Below are positions 16,235 to 24,575 of a stretch of DNA of 64,000 bases, in pieces. Position numbers and translations under genes: made by a program. The stretch spans positions 37,063-101,062 of the forward strand of contig CAIPOI010000002.1 of NCBI GenBank assembly GCA_903866625.1, given 5' to 3'. Under the pieces are notes generated by a model, which worked only from the letters and a program-made list of their open reading frames with translations, searched no databases and was not told the origin of the DNA. Numbering within the stretch: the stretch's first letter is position 1; every line of letters starts with the position of its first letter. The DNA comes from an uncultured archaeon. Its GTDB lineage: Archaea > Nanobdellota > Nanobdellia > Pacearchaeales > GW2011-AR1.

Positions 16235-16812
16235 AACTTGTCCTTATTTTCCATTTCTTTTTGCTCCAGCATCATTAAGACTAAACAACAGGTTTCTCTA
16301 GGGTGCTTTAATCCATATAACTCTAGAAGAGCAGCCCAACCCGATTTTATTCTTTGTTTTGGAACTTCAGGATACGCTTTACCATACTTAATAGCCATTT
16401 CTAAAAAATACTTTGAATGCCAAAAAGCTTCAAGCATGGGCCTGCAAATTTGAGCCCAATTTTGATTATCCTCGTTTTTATGCTCTCTACCAGTCATGCC
16501 TTCACTAATAATCTGCCGATAGTAAGGATCTGGAATTTTTTCTCCTTCTTGATGAGGCGATATTCTTTCTAAGGCACTATAAATTGTCTGAGTCAATCCT
16601 TGAATATAATAACCTTTTTTTGATTCATGATAAAATCTGTAAACTAAATCTTCTTCACCCCAAAGATTAGTTCTGGTTATTTGTTCAAGAATTCTTTCAA
16701 GATTAGGCATCTCTCTTTTAATATTTCCAAGAAGCACTACTTCTTTTTGCTCTATTTCTTCAAGTTTTTTTAAAACTTCTTCTTTTGTCCAAGGCTTTTT
16801 ATTAGTCATCAT
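16231..16812 (-). CDS. Hypothetical protein
   Basis: 193-aa ORF with non-biased composition. No motif recognised. Confidence 0.45.
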   Translation of the reverse strand: MMTNKKPWTKEEVLKKLEEIEQKEVVLLGNIKREMPNLERILEQITRTNLWGEEDLVYRFYHESKKGYYIQGLTQTIYSALERISPHQEGEKIPDPYYRQIISEGMTGREHKNEDNQNWAQICRPMLEAFWHSKYFLEMAIKYGKAYPEVPKQRIKSGWAALLELYGLKHPRETCCLVLMMLEQKEMENKDKF

Positions 16813-16843
16813 ATTTGGAAGTCGCTCAAATATAAATAATTGA

Positions 16844-17158
16844 CTAATCTCTTCTAAAAGGTGAAAGTTGTGGTTGTAACTCTAAGGGCAGTTTTGGAAG
16901 AAGATGTTCTGGTAGAAGTTCTAAAAGTCCATAGTATTGTTCTAAGCACAAATATCCCCTTAAACAATTTCTTGAGTATGGTAGAAAAAACTCAGCACCA
17001 CACTCACCACAAACATCCAATGGATTTTCTTCGGAAAAATTTCTTAGATCATAGTATTCACCACAACAATAACAAATAATAGTACTTACTTTCTTATTAG
17101 ATTTAAATATCTCTTCCATAGAGCGTCTTTCTATGATTATTCTCTGCTCGCTTAACAC
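16844..17158 (-). CDS. Hypothetical Cys-rich (zinc-ribbon-like) protein; true start probably the internal ATG at 17119
   Basis: CYCCGEY...CGECG gives a CxxC...CxxC pattern. The track start overlaps the upstream histone-fold gene. Confidence 0.35.
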   Translation of the reverse strand: MLSEQRIIIERRSMEEIFKSNKKVSTIICYCCGEYYDLRNFSEENPLDVCGECGAEFFLPYSRNCLRGYLCLEQYYGLLELLPEHLLPKLPLELQPQLSPFRRD

Positions 17159-17294
17159 CTTCTTTAATCATTTCTCTAACTTTTTTATCAAGCGCTTCAG
17201 CAACATCTTCAGATATATTTTGAACTTCTTTAGTTCCAGTTGCTTCTACAATTTCTCTAATCTTGCTTTTGATGATTATACACTCTTTGGTCAT
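17103..17294 (-). CDS. Histone-fold protein (single fold, DUF1931/archaeal histone-like)
   Basis: 63 aa. ISEDVAEALDKKVREMIKEGVKRAENNHRKTLYGRDI aligns with the histone-fold helix2-loop-helix3 pattern (...A...GRKT....D.). Confidence 0.55.
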   Translation of the reverse strand: MTKECIIIKSKIREIVEATGTKEVQNISEDVAEALDKKVREMIKEGVKRAENNHRKTLYGRDI

Positions 17295-17296
17295 AT

Positions 17297-17989
17297 TTAT
17301 TTTTTCTGTCTCCTTTTTCTAATTAATTCTGATAGTATTATTAGGATTACCCATATTAAAAAGATTACTAATATGTATTTTGGACCCATTAGTGCTATTG
17401 CTTGAGCTCCTATAAAGAACACAAGTAATCCCCAAAAGGTTTCCCATATTAATATCCCTATTGCAGAATAAATCAAGAACTTTTTGATATTCATCTTTAA
17501 TGTTCCGGCAGCAGTTGCCATTATAGAAGATAAGTTTGGTTCCCAATAGCTTAATAATATTGCTCTGAGTTCATTTGTCTTTAGTTTCTTCTGAGCATTT
17601 TTCAAAGATTTTTTTAAACCAAATTTAACAAAGAGTTTATGCCAACCATAATATCCAAGTAAATAATTAAGAGTATAAGAAATAAAAAATGCAATTGCAA
17701 CAACAGAAACTACTTGTGTAACTCTTAGACCATTATTACCCGCAGATATAACTCCTAAAAATATAATTGTACTTCCAGGAAAATACTGTCCGAGTAGAAA
17801 AAAGCCTTCTATAAGTGCGCCTATGAAAACAACCAATAATCCATATCTGTTAAAAAAAGCCGTTACGAGATTGACAAATTCTGCATCTTCAGGCAAACCA
17901 AGTAATCTCCAGATTAAAACCATTAACAGATAGGCAATAATCAAACTTAGGGGAATATAAAGAAGTTTCAGGTATTCCTTTAGTTTCAT
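17297..17989 (-). CDS. DedA/SNARE-associated family membrane protein
   Basis: Multi-TM protein. VFIGALIEGFFLLGQYFPGSTIIFLGVI matches the DedA signature region. Confidence 0.65.
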   Translation of the reverse strand: MKLKEYLKLLYIPLSLIIAYLLMVLIWRLLGLPEDAEFVNLVTAFFNRYGLLVVFIGALIEGFFLLGQYFPGSTIIFLGVISAGNNGLRVTQVVSVVAIAFFISYTLNYLLGYYGWHKLFVKFGLKKSLKNAQKKLKTNELRAILLSYWEPNLSSIMATAAGTLKMNIKKFLIYSAIGILIWETFWGLLVFFIGAQAIALMGPKYILVIFLIWVILIILSELIRKRRQKK

Positions 17990-17993
17990 AGAA

Positions 17994-19556
17994 TTATTTT
18001 TTCTTCTTATCTTTTTTATCTTGCTTTTCTACTTTAGTTTCTTTCTTCTCAACCTTTTCTTCCTTAACTTCTTTCTTTATTTCCTGAGTTTCAGGTTTCA
18101 TAAAAGGAAATAAAATAACATCTCTTATACTTTCTTGTCCAGTAAGCATAATTATCATTCTATCAATTCCTATTCCCAATCCGCCTGTTGGCGGCATTCC
18201 AACTTCAATAGCATTAACAAAGTCTTCATCATAAGGATTGGCTTCATCATCTCCTTGAGTTAACATACTTTGCTGATTCTCAAGTAACTTCTTTTGTTCA
18301 ACAGGATCATTTAATTCAGAATAAGCATTAGCCATCTCTGCTCCAAGACAAAAAGGTTCAAATCTTTCTATTAATCTTTCATCTTTTCTATGAACTTTGC
18401 ATAAAGGAGTTAATTCTCTAGGATGATCTGTAACAAAAGTAGGCTGAATTAATTCTTTTTCACAGAAGTGTTCAAAGATAGCTGCAATCAACCAGCCCCA
18501 ACCCTTGTGCTTGTATTCGACTTTATTTTTTTCACAGAAGGTTAACAATTCTTTTTCAGCCATCTTTAGAACATCTATGCCTGCAAATTTTTTAATAGCC
18601 TCTGCCATAGTCATTCTTTTCCAAGGTTTTTTGAAATCTAATTCTTTACCTTGACAACTAATCTTTGTTGTTCCAAATACTTTTTTACACACATAAACAT
18701 ACAAATCTTCCATTAGTTCCATCATATCATTATAATCTGCATAAGCCCAGTATATTTCCATCATAGAGAACTCAGGATTATGCCATCTATCTATTCCTTC
18801 ATTTCTAAAGTTTCTTGCTATAGTAAATACTTTTTCAAACCCACCAACAATAAGTCTCTTTAAATAAAGTTCTGGAGAAATCGCCATATACAACTTTATA
18901 TCTAATGCATTCAGATGAGTCTCAAATGGTCTAGCTTCAGCCCCGCCATACACTGTCTGCATATAGGGAGTATCAACTTCATTAAATCCTCTTGATTTAA
19001 GAAATTCCCTAATAGCATCAATAATCTTTTCACGAGTTTCAAAAACTTTCTTAACCTCAGGATTCATAACTAGGTCAAGATATCTTTTTCTATATCTTTC
19101 TTCTTTATCAGTAATTCCATGCCATTTTTCAGGTAATGGTAAAATAGATTTGGTTAATATTTCAACATCTTTTACTAATATGCTTACTTCTCCTCTTCTT
19201 GTTTTGAAAACTGAGCCTTCAACACCTACAAAATCTCCAGCATCAATATATTTTTGAAAAGCTTCAAGTTTTTTTTCATTTGTTTCTCCTTTCTGAAGGA
19301 CTATTTGTATTTTTCCAGAACCATCTTGAATATGGCTAAACACAAGATTACCCATGTCCCTTATAGTCATAACTCTTCCAGCAACACTAACTTTGTCTTT
19401 TGTTCGTTCATCATTTGCAAGTTTAGCATATTTTTCTTGCAACTCTTTAGAATTATTTTTCTTGTCAAATTTATAAGGATATGGATTTACTCCACTTTTC
19501 CTAAGTTCATTGATTTTTCTAAGCCTCTCTTGAACAATTTGATCTTCGCGACCCAT
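17994..19556 (-). CDS. lysS: Lysyl-tRNA synthetase, class II
   Basis: N-terminal OB anticodon-binding domain. Motif 2 ARNFRNEGIDRWHNPEF. Motif 3 GGLGIGIDRMIIMLTG. A Lys/Glu-rich tail of about 45 aa follows. Confidence 0.9.
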   Translation of the reverse strand: MGREDQIVQERLRKINELRKSGVNPYPYKFDKKNNSKELQEKYAKLANDERTKDKVSVAGRVMTIRDMGNLVFSHIQDGSGKIQIVLQKGETNEKKLEAFQKYIDAGDFVGVEGSVFKTRRGEVSILVKDVEILTKSILPLPEKWHGITDKEERYRKRYLDLVMNPEVKKVFETREKIIDAIREFLKSRGFNEVDTPYMQTVYGGAEARPFETHLNALDIKLYMAISPELYLKRLIVGGFEKVFTIARNFRNEGIDRWHNPEFSMMEIYWAYADYNDMMELMEDLYVYVCKKVFGTTKISCQGKELDFKKPWKRMTMAEAIKKFAGIDVLKMAEKELLTFCEKNKVEYKHKGWGWLIAAIFEHFCEKELIQPTFVTDHPRELTPLCKVHRKDERLIERFEPFCLGAEMANAYSELNDPVEQKKLLENQQSMLTQGDDEANPYDEDFVNAIEVGMPPTGGLGIGIDRMIIMLTGQESIRDVILFPFMKPETQEIKKEVKEEKVEKKETKVEKQDKKDKKKK

Positions 19557-19584
19557 AATCTAATGAGGAAGAAGGTGTTTAAAA

Positions 19585-19884
19585 ATGTTTATTAGGCCTA
19601 GTTTTATAAATCGCACACACTTATTCTTTATTATGAGCTGGAAAGATTGGCCCAGATGGTTTAAGTGTCTTTTTGTGATTTATATTATTTTGATAGCCAT
19701 CGGTGCTTTTTTGGTAATACAAGAGGGCTATATGTGCTATACTGGTGCTTGGAGATGTACAATGGGTTATGGTTCAGTATTGATTGTTCTTCCAGTTGAG
19801 GGCATATTTTCTCTTATTGTTTTGGTTAGCTTTATAATTTACAAGAGGATTAATAAGAATTCTCAAAAAGTAGAAATTAATTAA
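19585..19884 (+). CDS. Small membrane protein, hypothetical
   Basis: Two or three hydrophobic helices. The start is uncertain; an internal MSWKDWPRWF is possible. Confidence 0.3.
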   Translation: MFIRPSFINRTHLFFIMSWKDWPRWFKCLFVIYIILIAIGAFLVIQEGYMCYTGAWRCTMGYGSVLIVLPVEGIFSLIVLVSFIIYKRINKNSQKVEIN

Positions 19885-19941
19885 TAATATTCGGGATGTT
19901 TGTTTTAAGAATAAGATGTTTAAAAACTTTGAGATTAAGAA

Positions 19942-20214
19942 CTAAATATCCAATATTTTAAAATCATCAAAACCAATATGATTCATCTCTTGAGTATCTA
20001 CGCCCTTAACTGTACTGTGCGGAGCTCCTTTCTTGCATATTGCCTGCATAGCATCAACATTTTCATCTTTGCCTTCAACAATAACTTCAACTTCTCCAGA
20101 ATCAAGGTTTCTTACATGTCCTTTTAGAGAGAGTTTTTCAGCTTCTGCCTTGATATAATTTCTAAAATTAACTCCTTGAACAAGGCCGTTTATCTTTATC
20201 CTAACAGTCTTCAT
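19942..20214 (-). CDS. acyP: Acylphosphatase
   Basis: 90 aa. INGLVQGVNFRNY...LKGHVRNLDSGEVEVIVEG matches the acylphosphatase signatures. Confidence 0.8.
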   Translation of the reverse strand: MKTVRIKINGLVQGVNFRNYIKAEAEKLSLKGHVRNLDSGEVEVIVEGKDENVDAMQAICKKGAPHSTVKGVDTQEMNHIGFDDFKILDI

Positions 20215-20248
20215 TGTATTTTTCTTATGCTTTTTGGGTTTAAAAGCT

Positions 20249-21151
20249 TTAGTTTTGCTTAACTATAAGCACTTCAGGTTTAGCAAGAATATCTGGATTT
20301 TTGAACTGTTTTGTGGATTTTGCTATTTCTATAATCTTGTTTTTTGATATCACCCCAAAGGGCTGCTCAAGATTTTCAATAGTTTTTGCATCTTTTTCAT
20401 TTATCAGCATGGTTCTAAACAAAGGCGAACCATTTTTAAGTTTTGTAACAACTTCTTCACTAACTTCAAAACCATTCATAAAACTTAATATAACCTCTGC
20501 AGGTATTAAATATTTTTTTAGTTCTTTCTCATTTTTTTCTGCTACAAGTTTAGAAAGGTTTTCAATAGTAGTATACTCTTTATTATTTTCATTAAATATT
20601 CCTGCTTCTATTCTTCTAAGCTCAGTCATCTGAGCTCCAATTCCCAAACTTTCTCCCAAGTCATGAATTAATTTTCTAATATAGGTTCCAGCTTCAACTT
20701 TACTTAAAAATTCAGCTTCTTGCTTTTTTTCATCAAAATTAGTAAGTTTGAATTCAATAATCTCTCTTTCTCGAACAACTCTTTTAACACTAGACTTAAC
20801 TGGCGGTAATTGATTAATCTTTCCAAGAAACTTTTTCATTTCCTGTTCAAGTTCTTCTCTTTTTATTTGCTTGTGAATCTTCATCTTTCCAATATAAGTT
20901 TTATTTTTATGCATAAAATATTCTTGAACTTTACAAGCATCACCCAAACATATTGGAAGTAAGCCCGTAACATTCGGATCAAGTGTACCAAAATGACCTG
21001 CTTTTTTTATTCCAAAACTTGAGAAAATTCCTCTAACTTTATTAACAACATCAAAACTCGTCCAATCTGATGGTTTATCTATTAGAACTATAGAGAAACT
21101 CACAAGTTCTTCTATGGGTTTTTCTTGTTTTATTTTTTCTAGGTTGAGCAT
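20249..21151 (-). CDS. cbf5: tRNA/rRNA pseudouridine synthase Cbf5 (TruB family with PUA domain)
   Basis: GHFGTLDPNVTGLLPICLG contains the catalytic Asp motif. A C-terminal PUA-like region is present. Confidence 0.8.
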   Translation of the reverse strand: MLNLEKIKQEKPIEELVSFSIVLIDKPSDWTSFDVVNKVRGIFSSFGIKKAGHFGTLDPNVTGLLPICLGDACKVQEYFMHKNKTYIGKMKIHKQIKREELEQEMKKFLGKINQLPPVKSSVKRVVREREIIEFKLTNFDEKKQEAEFLSKVEAGTYIRKLIHDLGESLGIGAQMTELRRIEAGIFNENNKEYTTIENLSKLVAEKNEKELKKYLIPAEVILSFMNGFEVSEEVVTKLKNGSPLFRTMLINEKDAKTIENLEQPFGVISKNKIIEIAKSTKQFKNPDILAKPEVLIVKQN

Positions 21152-21222
21152 GATAATTTAATTCAAATTTAGTTTTTATATTTATGTCCATAAATTAAAA
21201 TCCAATTCTTTAGCTAGATTTA

Positions 21223-21636
21223 TTATCTAGGACTAAAAACAGATCTCACCAAAAACTTAACTATAACTGCACATTCATAAGGTATTCTTACGAATCTTCT
21301 ACTATTTTTTAGTTTTGAAATAAGCTCATTAACAACATAAACTTCGCCAATTCTAAATCCTGATGCTTTAGCAAGAGTTTCATCAAATTCTTTTGTATGT
21401 TCTGTTTCTCCTTCTGTTCGAATCGAACATCGTTCATAATGCCATCTATATTTTTCAGAAGATTTACAGGTATGACAAACAACATCAGACCTGCCTGCAA
21501 CTATTTCTATTTGCTTACTTTGGTCTCCTTCTAATATATCTTGATATAAACTATACCAATAATTATCAGTTCCATCAAGAGCAGCATCTCTTAGATTCTT
21601 TAAATGATGCCCACGAATAGTTAATCTTTTATCCAT
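21223..21636 (-). CDS. Hypothetical Cys-containing protein, possibly DUF1284-like
   Basis: IRGHHLKNL...VVCHTCKSS...C resembles the DUF1284 pattern (RGHHL...C..C). Weak call. Confidence 0.35.
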   Translation of the reverse strand: MDKRLTIRGHHLKNLRDAALDGTDNYWYSLYQDILEGDQSKQIEIVAGRSDVVCHTCKSSEKYRWHYERCSIRTEGETEHTKEFDETLAKASGFRIGEVYVVNELISKLKNSRRFVRIPYECAVIVKFLVRSVFSPR

Positions 21637-21688
21637 ATTATTCTAGAATTCTAAGGTGAACTCAGACCAACACCTTATTTATTAAATT

Positions 21689-22231
21689 TTACTTCTTCAA
21701 AGCTTTTCTCTGTATCTTTGGAGTTTCTTGACTAGTTTTTGAAGTATGTTTTTCTTGTTTAGCTGCTTGTTTTTCTATTGCTTGTTCAGCAACCTTGCTT
21801 GAAGCTTCTTTTTCTTTAGTATCTTTTGTTTCTTCTTTCTTTTCTTCAACTTTTTCAACTTTTGGAGTTTCTTTTTGTCTTACAAGTTTTTCAGCTTCTT
21901 TCTTAGCTTTTCTTGCTATTTCAAATTCAATATGTTTTGGTAATTCAACTAATCTTGCAACAACGATTCCATCATCATATTTTGTTGCTTTAACTTTTAT
22001 TTTTGCTGGAGGTTTCCTCATACCTCTAAATCTGATCTCATTATTAAGAAGAACATCTACTCTAACTTTGCTCAAATCTCTATCATAAATTTTCATGTGC
22101 TGAACTAAGAATTCTTTTATAGCTTTTACAGCTCTCTTTCCACGTTTGTATTTTTGAGCTCTCAACCAAGAATCTCTAAGTGGAATAATATATTCTCTTT
22201 CAATTATGATTTTTCTTTCTTGTTCTGCCAT
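21689..22231 (-). CDS. rpl31e: Ribosomal protein L31e with long Lys/Glu/Ala-rich C-terminal extension
   Basis: The N-terminal ~100 aa (REYIIPLR...KRGKRAVKAIKEFLVQHMK...VDVLLNNEIRFRG) is L31e-like. The remaining ~80 aa are low-complexity K/E-rich. Confidence 0.75.
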   Translation of the reverse strand: MAEQERKIIIEREYIIPLRDSWLRAQKYKRGKRAVKAIKEFLVQHMKIYDRDLSKVRVDVLLNNEIRFRGMRKPPAKIKVKATKYDDGIVVARLVELPKHIEFEIARKAKKEAEKLVRQKETPKVEKVEEKKEETKDTKEKEASSKVAEQAIEKQAAKQEKHTSKTSQETPKIQRKALKK

Positions 22232-22232
22232 T

Positions 22233-22487
22233 TTATGCTTTTTTTCCTTCTACTTTTAATATTAATCCATTAACAATCCTTATTAGTTGTTTTCCTAAAC
22301 TTGTTCTTGTGTTTAAAATTGTTGCAGTTCTATCATCAGGACTCATTAAAACCATTGCTCCCCTTTTAGGGTGATTATATCCTTGTACATTTCCAGAGAC
22401 AACTGGAACTGGCTCTAGAGTAGTATTTCTAAATATAAGACTAAGTGCATCATACACCTGTTCACTTAAATTATATGTTTTTGCCAT
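22233..22487 (-). CDS. Hypothetical conserved-looking protein inside the ribosomal protein cluster
   Basis: 84-aa ORF tightly packed between the L39e and L31e genes. Family not recognised. Confidence 0.45.
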   Translation of the reverse strand: MAKTYNLSEQVYDALSLIFRNTTLEPVPVVSGNVQGYNHPKRGAMVLMSPDDRTATILNTRTSLGKQLIRIVNGLILKVEGKKA

Positions 22488-22495
22488 GTTAATTA

Positions 22496-22711
22496 TTAAT
22501 CTCCAAACTGTCTCTTTCTCATTGTTGTAGGTTTAATATGAAGTTTTGTTCTTCTCCAGCTTCTCTTAACTCTTGTCATGTAGCTTGGATGTACTCTCTT
22601 GCCCTTTCCATATTTTTTTACAACAGTCCAAAATGGTGCCCATTTTGTTTGCCTTGCTTTTACAGCATATTTTCTCTTTCTTTGAGCTAATCTTCTTGAT
22701 TTCTTTACCAT
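22496..22711 (-). CDS. rpl39e: Ribosomal protein L39e
   Basis: Highly basic. ...KRVHPSYMTRVKRSWRRTKLHIK resembles the L39e pattern ...HPKRRHWRRTKLKV. Confidence 0.7.
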   Translation of the reverse strand: MVKKSRRLAQRKRKYAVKARQTKWAPFWTVVKKYGKGKRVHPSYMTRVKRSWRRTKLHIKPTTMRKRQFGD

Positions 22712-22715
22712 TTTA

Positions 22716-23135
22716 CTATTTTATTCCCTCCAAAAATTCTCTTCCTTTAACTGTTAATTTTCTTCCTAATCTCTTGCCATCTTTAGCATCTTTAACTTTT
22801 TCAAGAAATCCTGCTTTTTCAGCTTGTTGTAACATTGTTCTTATGATTTTTCCAGATGCCTTTGCAAACATTTCAGGTTTAGAACCCCTATTTTTTCTTG
22901 AACCATATTTTGTTCTTAGTCTTCCAACACCAACAACATGATGTATTGCAATCTGTCTTAGTATAGAAGCAATTCTTGCATGCCACCAGTCATTATTCTC
23001 CGGAGGTCTTGCTTTTGATAATCCGGTTTTAACATAGAAAGCCCATTCAGGCATTTTTATTTCTGAAATAGTTTTTAGCTTAGTAGCTAGTTTAGCATTG
23101 TATTCTTGTGCTGGAATTTCATATATAGCTTTCAT
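22716..23135 (-). CDS. rps19e: Ribosomal protein S19e
   Basis: PEWAFYVKTG...ARPPENNDWWHARIASILRQI...VGVGRLRTKYGSRKNRG is a typical S19e pattern. Confidence 0.85.
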   Translation of the reverse strand: MKAIYEIPAQEYNAKLATKLKTISEIKMPEWAFYVKTGLSKARPPENNDWWHARIASILRQIAIHHVVGVGRLRTKYGSRKNRGSKPEMFAKASGKIIRTMLQQAEKAGFLEKVKDAKDGKRLGRKLTVKGREFLEGIK

Positions 23136-23273
23136 GTTTGTTTTGTAAACTTATTAAGCCGTATCTTACGATACTAGATTGGTTCGTTTGAACCATCAAG
23201 CTTAAAATTTTGAGTTTTCAGGGGTTTATAAATATATTGTTATCTGAGTTTAAGAAATAAACTTTGGAGATAT

Positions 23274-23837
23274 TTAGGAGGCATATGCCTCTATACAGAG
23301 TTGTTTTTCTAAATCCTTATCTTTTGGATTATGTCCATTAGCGCCCAACCAAGCTCTAACCCCGTATTTAATTCTAACAAGTTGATTAGCTCTCTCAAAA
23401 GAAAGTTTTCTTTTATTTAGTTCGTGGTTTATTTGGTCCAGAGCTAATTTAAATTGCCGCATAACTTCTGTATAGTCTTTATGACTTTTATGCTTTAGTT
23501 CTATAATTTCCCTTTGAAAGATTATATCTCCAACCTCTAATAATAATTCAATTTCATTATCCCTGGTTGGATTTTTATCATATACTTCTAATGCTTCAAC
23601 AACTTCTGCATATTCTGTATCAACATTTTTTCCTCTTCGTTCATCAAAATATTGAGGTTCATACTTATTTGGACCCTGATAATTTTTACCAAGTGTTCTT
23701 ACAAGAATTCCTTCACTACCATTTAAATCTCTTGGTGCCCTATGAGCGTATATGCTTGTTATTGTAGATTCTAAACTGCCAATTGATCTCTTTAGCTCTA
23801 ATAATTCTTCTTGTTTTAAATTATTAATTGTTGTCAT
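23274..23837 (-). CDS. Hypothetical all-alpha protein, possibly MazG-like NTP pyrophosphohydrolase
   Basis: EYAEVVEALEVY...EIELLLEVGDIIFQ is reminiscent of MazG EExxE/ExxD helices. Weak call. Confidence 0.35.
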   Translation of the reverse strand: MTTINNLKQEELLELKRSIGSLESTITSIYAHRAPRDLNGSEGILVRTLGKNYQGPNKYEPQYFDERRGKNVDTEYAEVVEALEVYDKNPTRDNEIELLLEVGDIIFQREIIELKHKSHKDYTEVMRQFKLALDQINHELNKRKLSFERANQLVRIKYGVRAWLGANGHNPKDKDLEKQLCIEAYAS

Positions 23838-23887
23838 AGTGTTTTTGGTTAGTTAGGTTTATTTAAATTTTAATACTTTTAGTTATT

Positions 23888-24499
23888 TTAATCTCCATCT
23901 CTTTCACTCGCTCTAAATCTTGGAAAAATCTCCTTCTGAGGCCCCACTAGGGGAACATTAAAGCCCCAGCATTCCAATAGGGTATGAGCATAACTATTAT
24001 ATATCCATAAATTCTCAGGGATATTAAAATTTCCACCGCAACTTAAATTTATAGTTTTTGCCACAACTTCTTCAGCAATTTTCTTTATTCTCACTCTTTC
24101 AGTTAGAGAAAGCTCTCCACCAACTAAAAATTCTAACTGATATCTGGCTTCTTTTATTATTTTATCCCTGTCAGTAGGACAATATCTCCTTAGCCATATT
24201 ATACCTGTCTTATCCTTCGATAAACAGCCACCCCCACTCGAGATTTGGTAAAGAACTCCTTTAAAAGAAATATACTTGAAAGTTTTATCTCCTACAGATT
24301 TAGCTCTTCCGTTCTTTTCTACAAGCACGCTTTCGTTTTCAGAGAAAAATTCAGGTAGAGTTCTAAGCCATTGTTTAACTAAATTACCTTCAACTTCTTT
24401 TATATCTTTATAGAACTTTTCATCAATTAATCTTGTTCTAGCTCTATCTTGAAACGCTAAACTAAATGTATAAACAGGGGTTCTTATTTCTTCTTCCAT
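23888..24499 (-). CDS. Hypothetical protein
   Basis: 203-aa ORF. No family recognised. Confidence 0.4.
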   Translation of the reverse strand: MEEEIRTPVYTFSLAFQDRARTRLIDEKFYKDIKEVEGNLVKQWLRTLPEFFSENESVLVEKNGRAKSVGDKTFKYISFKGVLYQISSGGGCLSKDKTGIIWLRRYCPTDRDKIIKEARYQLEFLVGGELSLTERVRIKKIAEEVVAKTINLSCGGNFNIPENLWIYNSYAHTLLECWGFNVPLVGPQKEIFPRFRASERDGD

Positions 24500-24575
24500 T
24501 TTATATTTTTAAGAACTCTCGTGTTCTCTTACGAACACCTCAACTAATTTATTAATTTTCTATTTAAAAATTTAT

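Noticed and set aside
21795-22941. Plus-strand ORFs 21795..22088 and 22573..22941 opposite the ribosomal protein genes. The same applies to the other 60-110-aa antisense ORFs in the track (913, 1647, 2749, 2813, 3108, 7270, 9148, 9842, 11110, 11123, 14001, 16238, 16861, 17133, 17319, 19254, 20301, 21309, 21393, 23567, 25060, 26002, 27285, 29356, 31655, 32318, 33593, 35866, 36914, 39657, 41128, 44743, 49359, 52367, 52669, 54302, 54405, 59145, 60290, 63052, 63385).
   Set aside because: All lie inside, and antisense or out of frame to, longer ORFs with recognisable families or coherent composition. Their own sequences are Phe/Ser/Leu/Ile-rich shadow translations.
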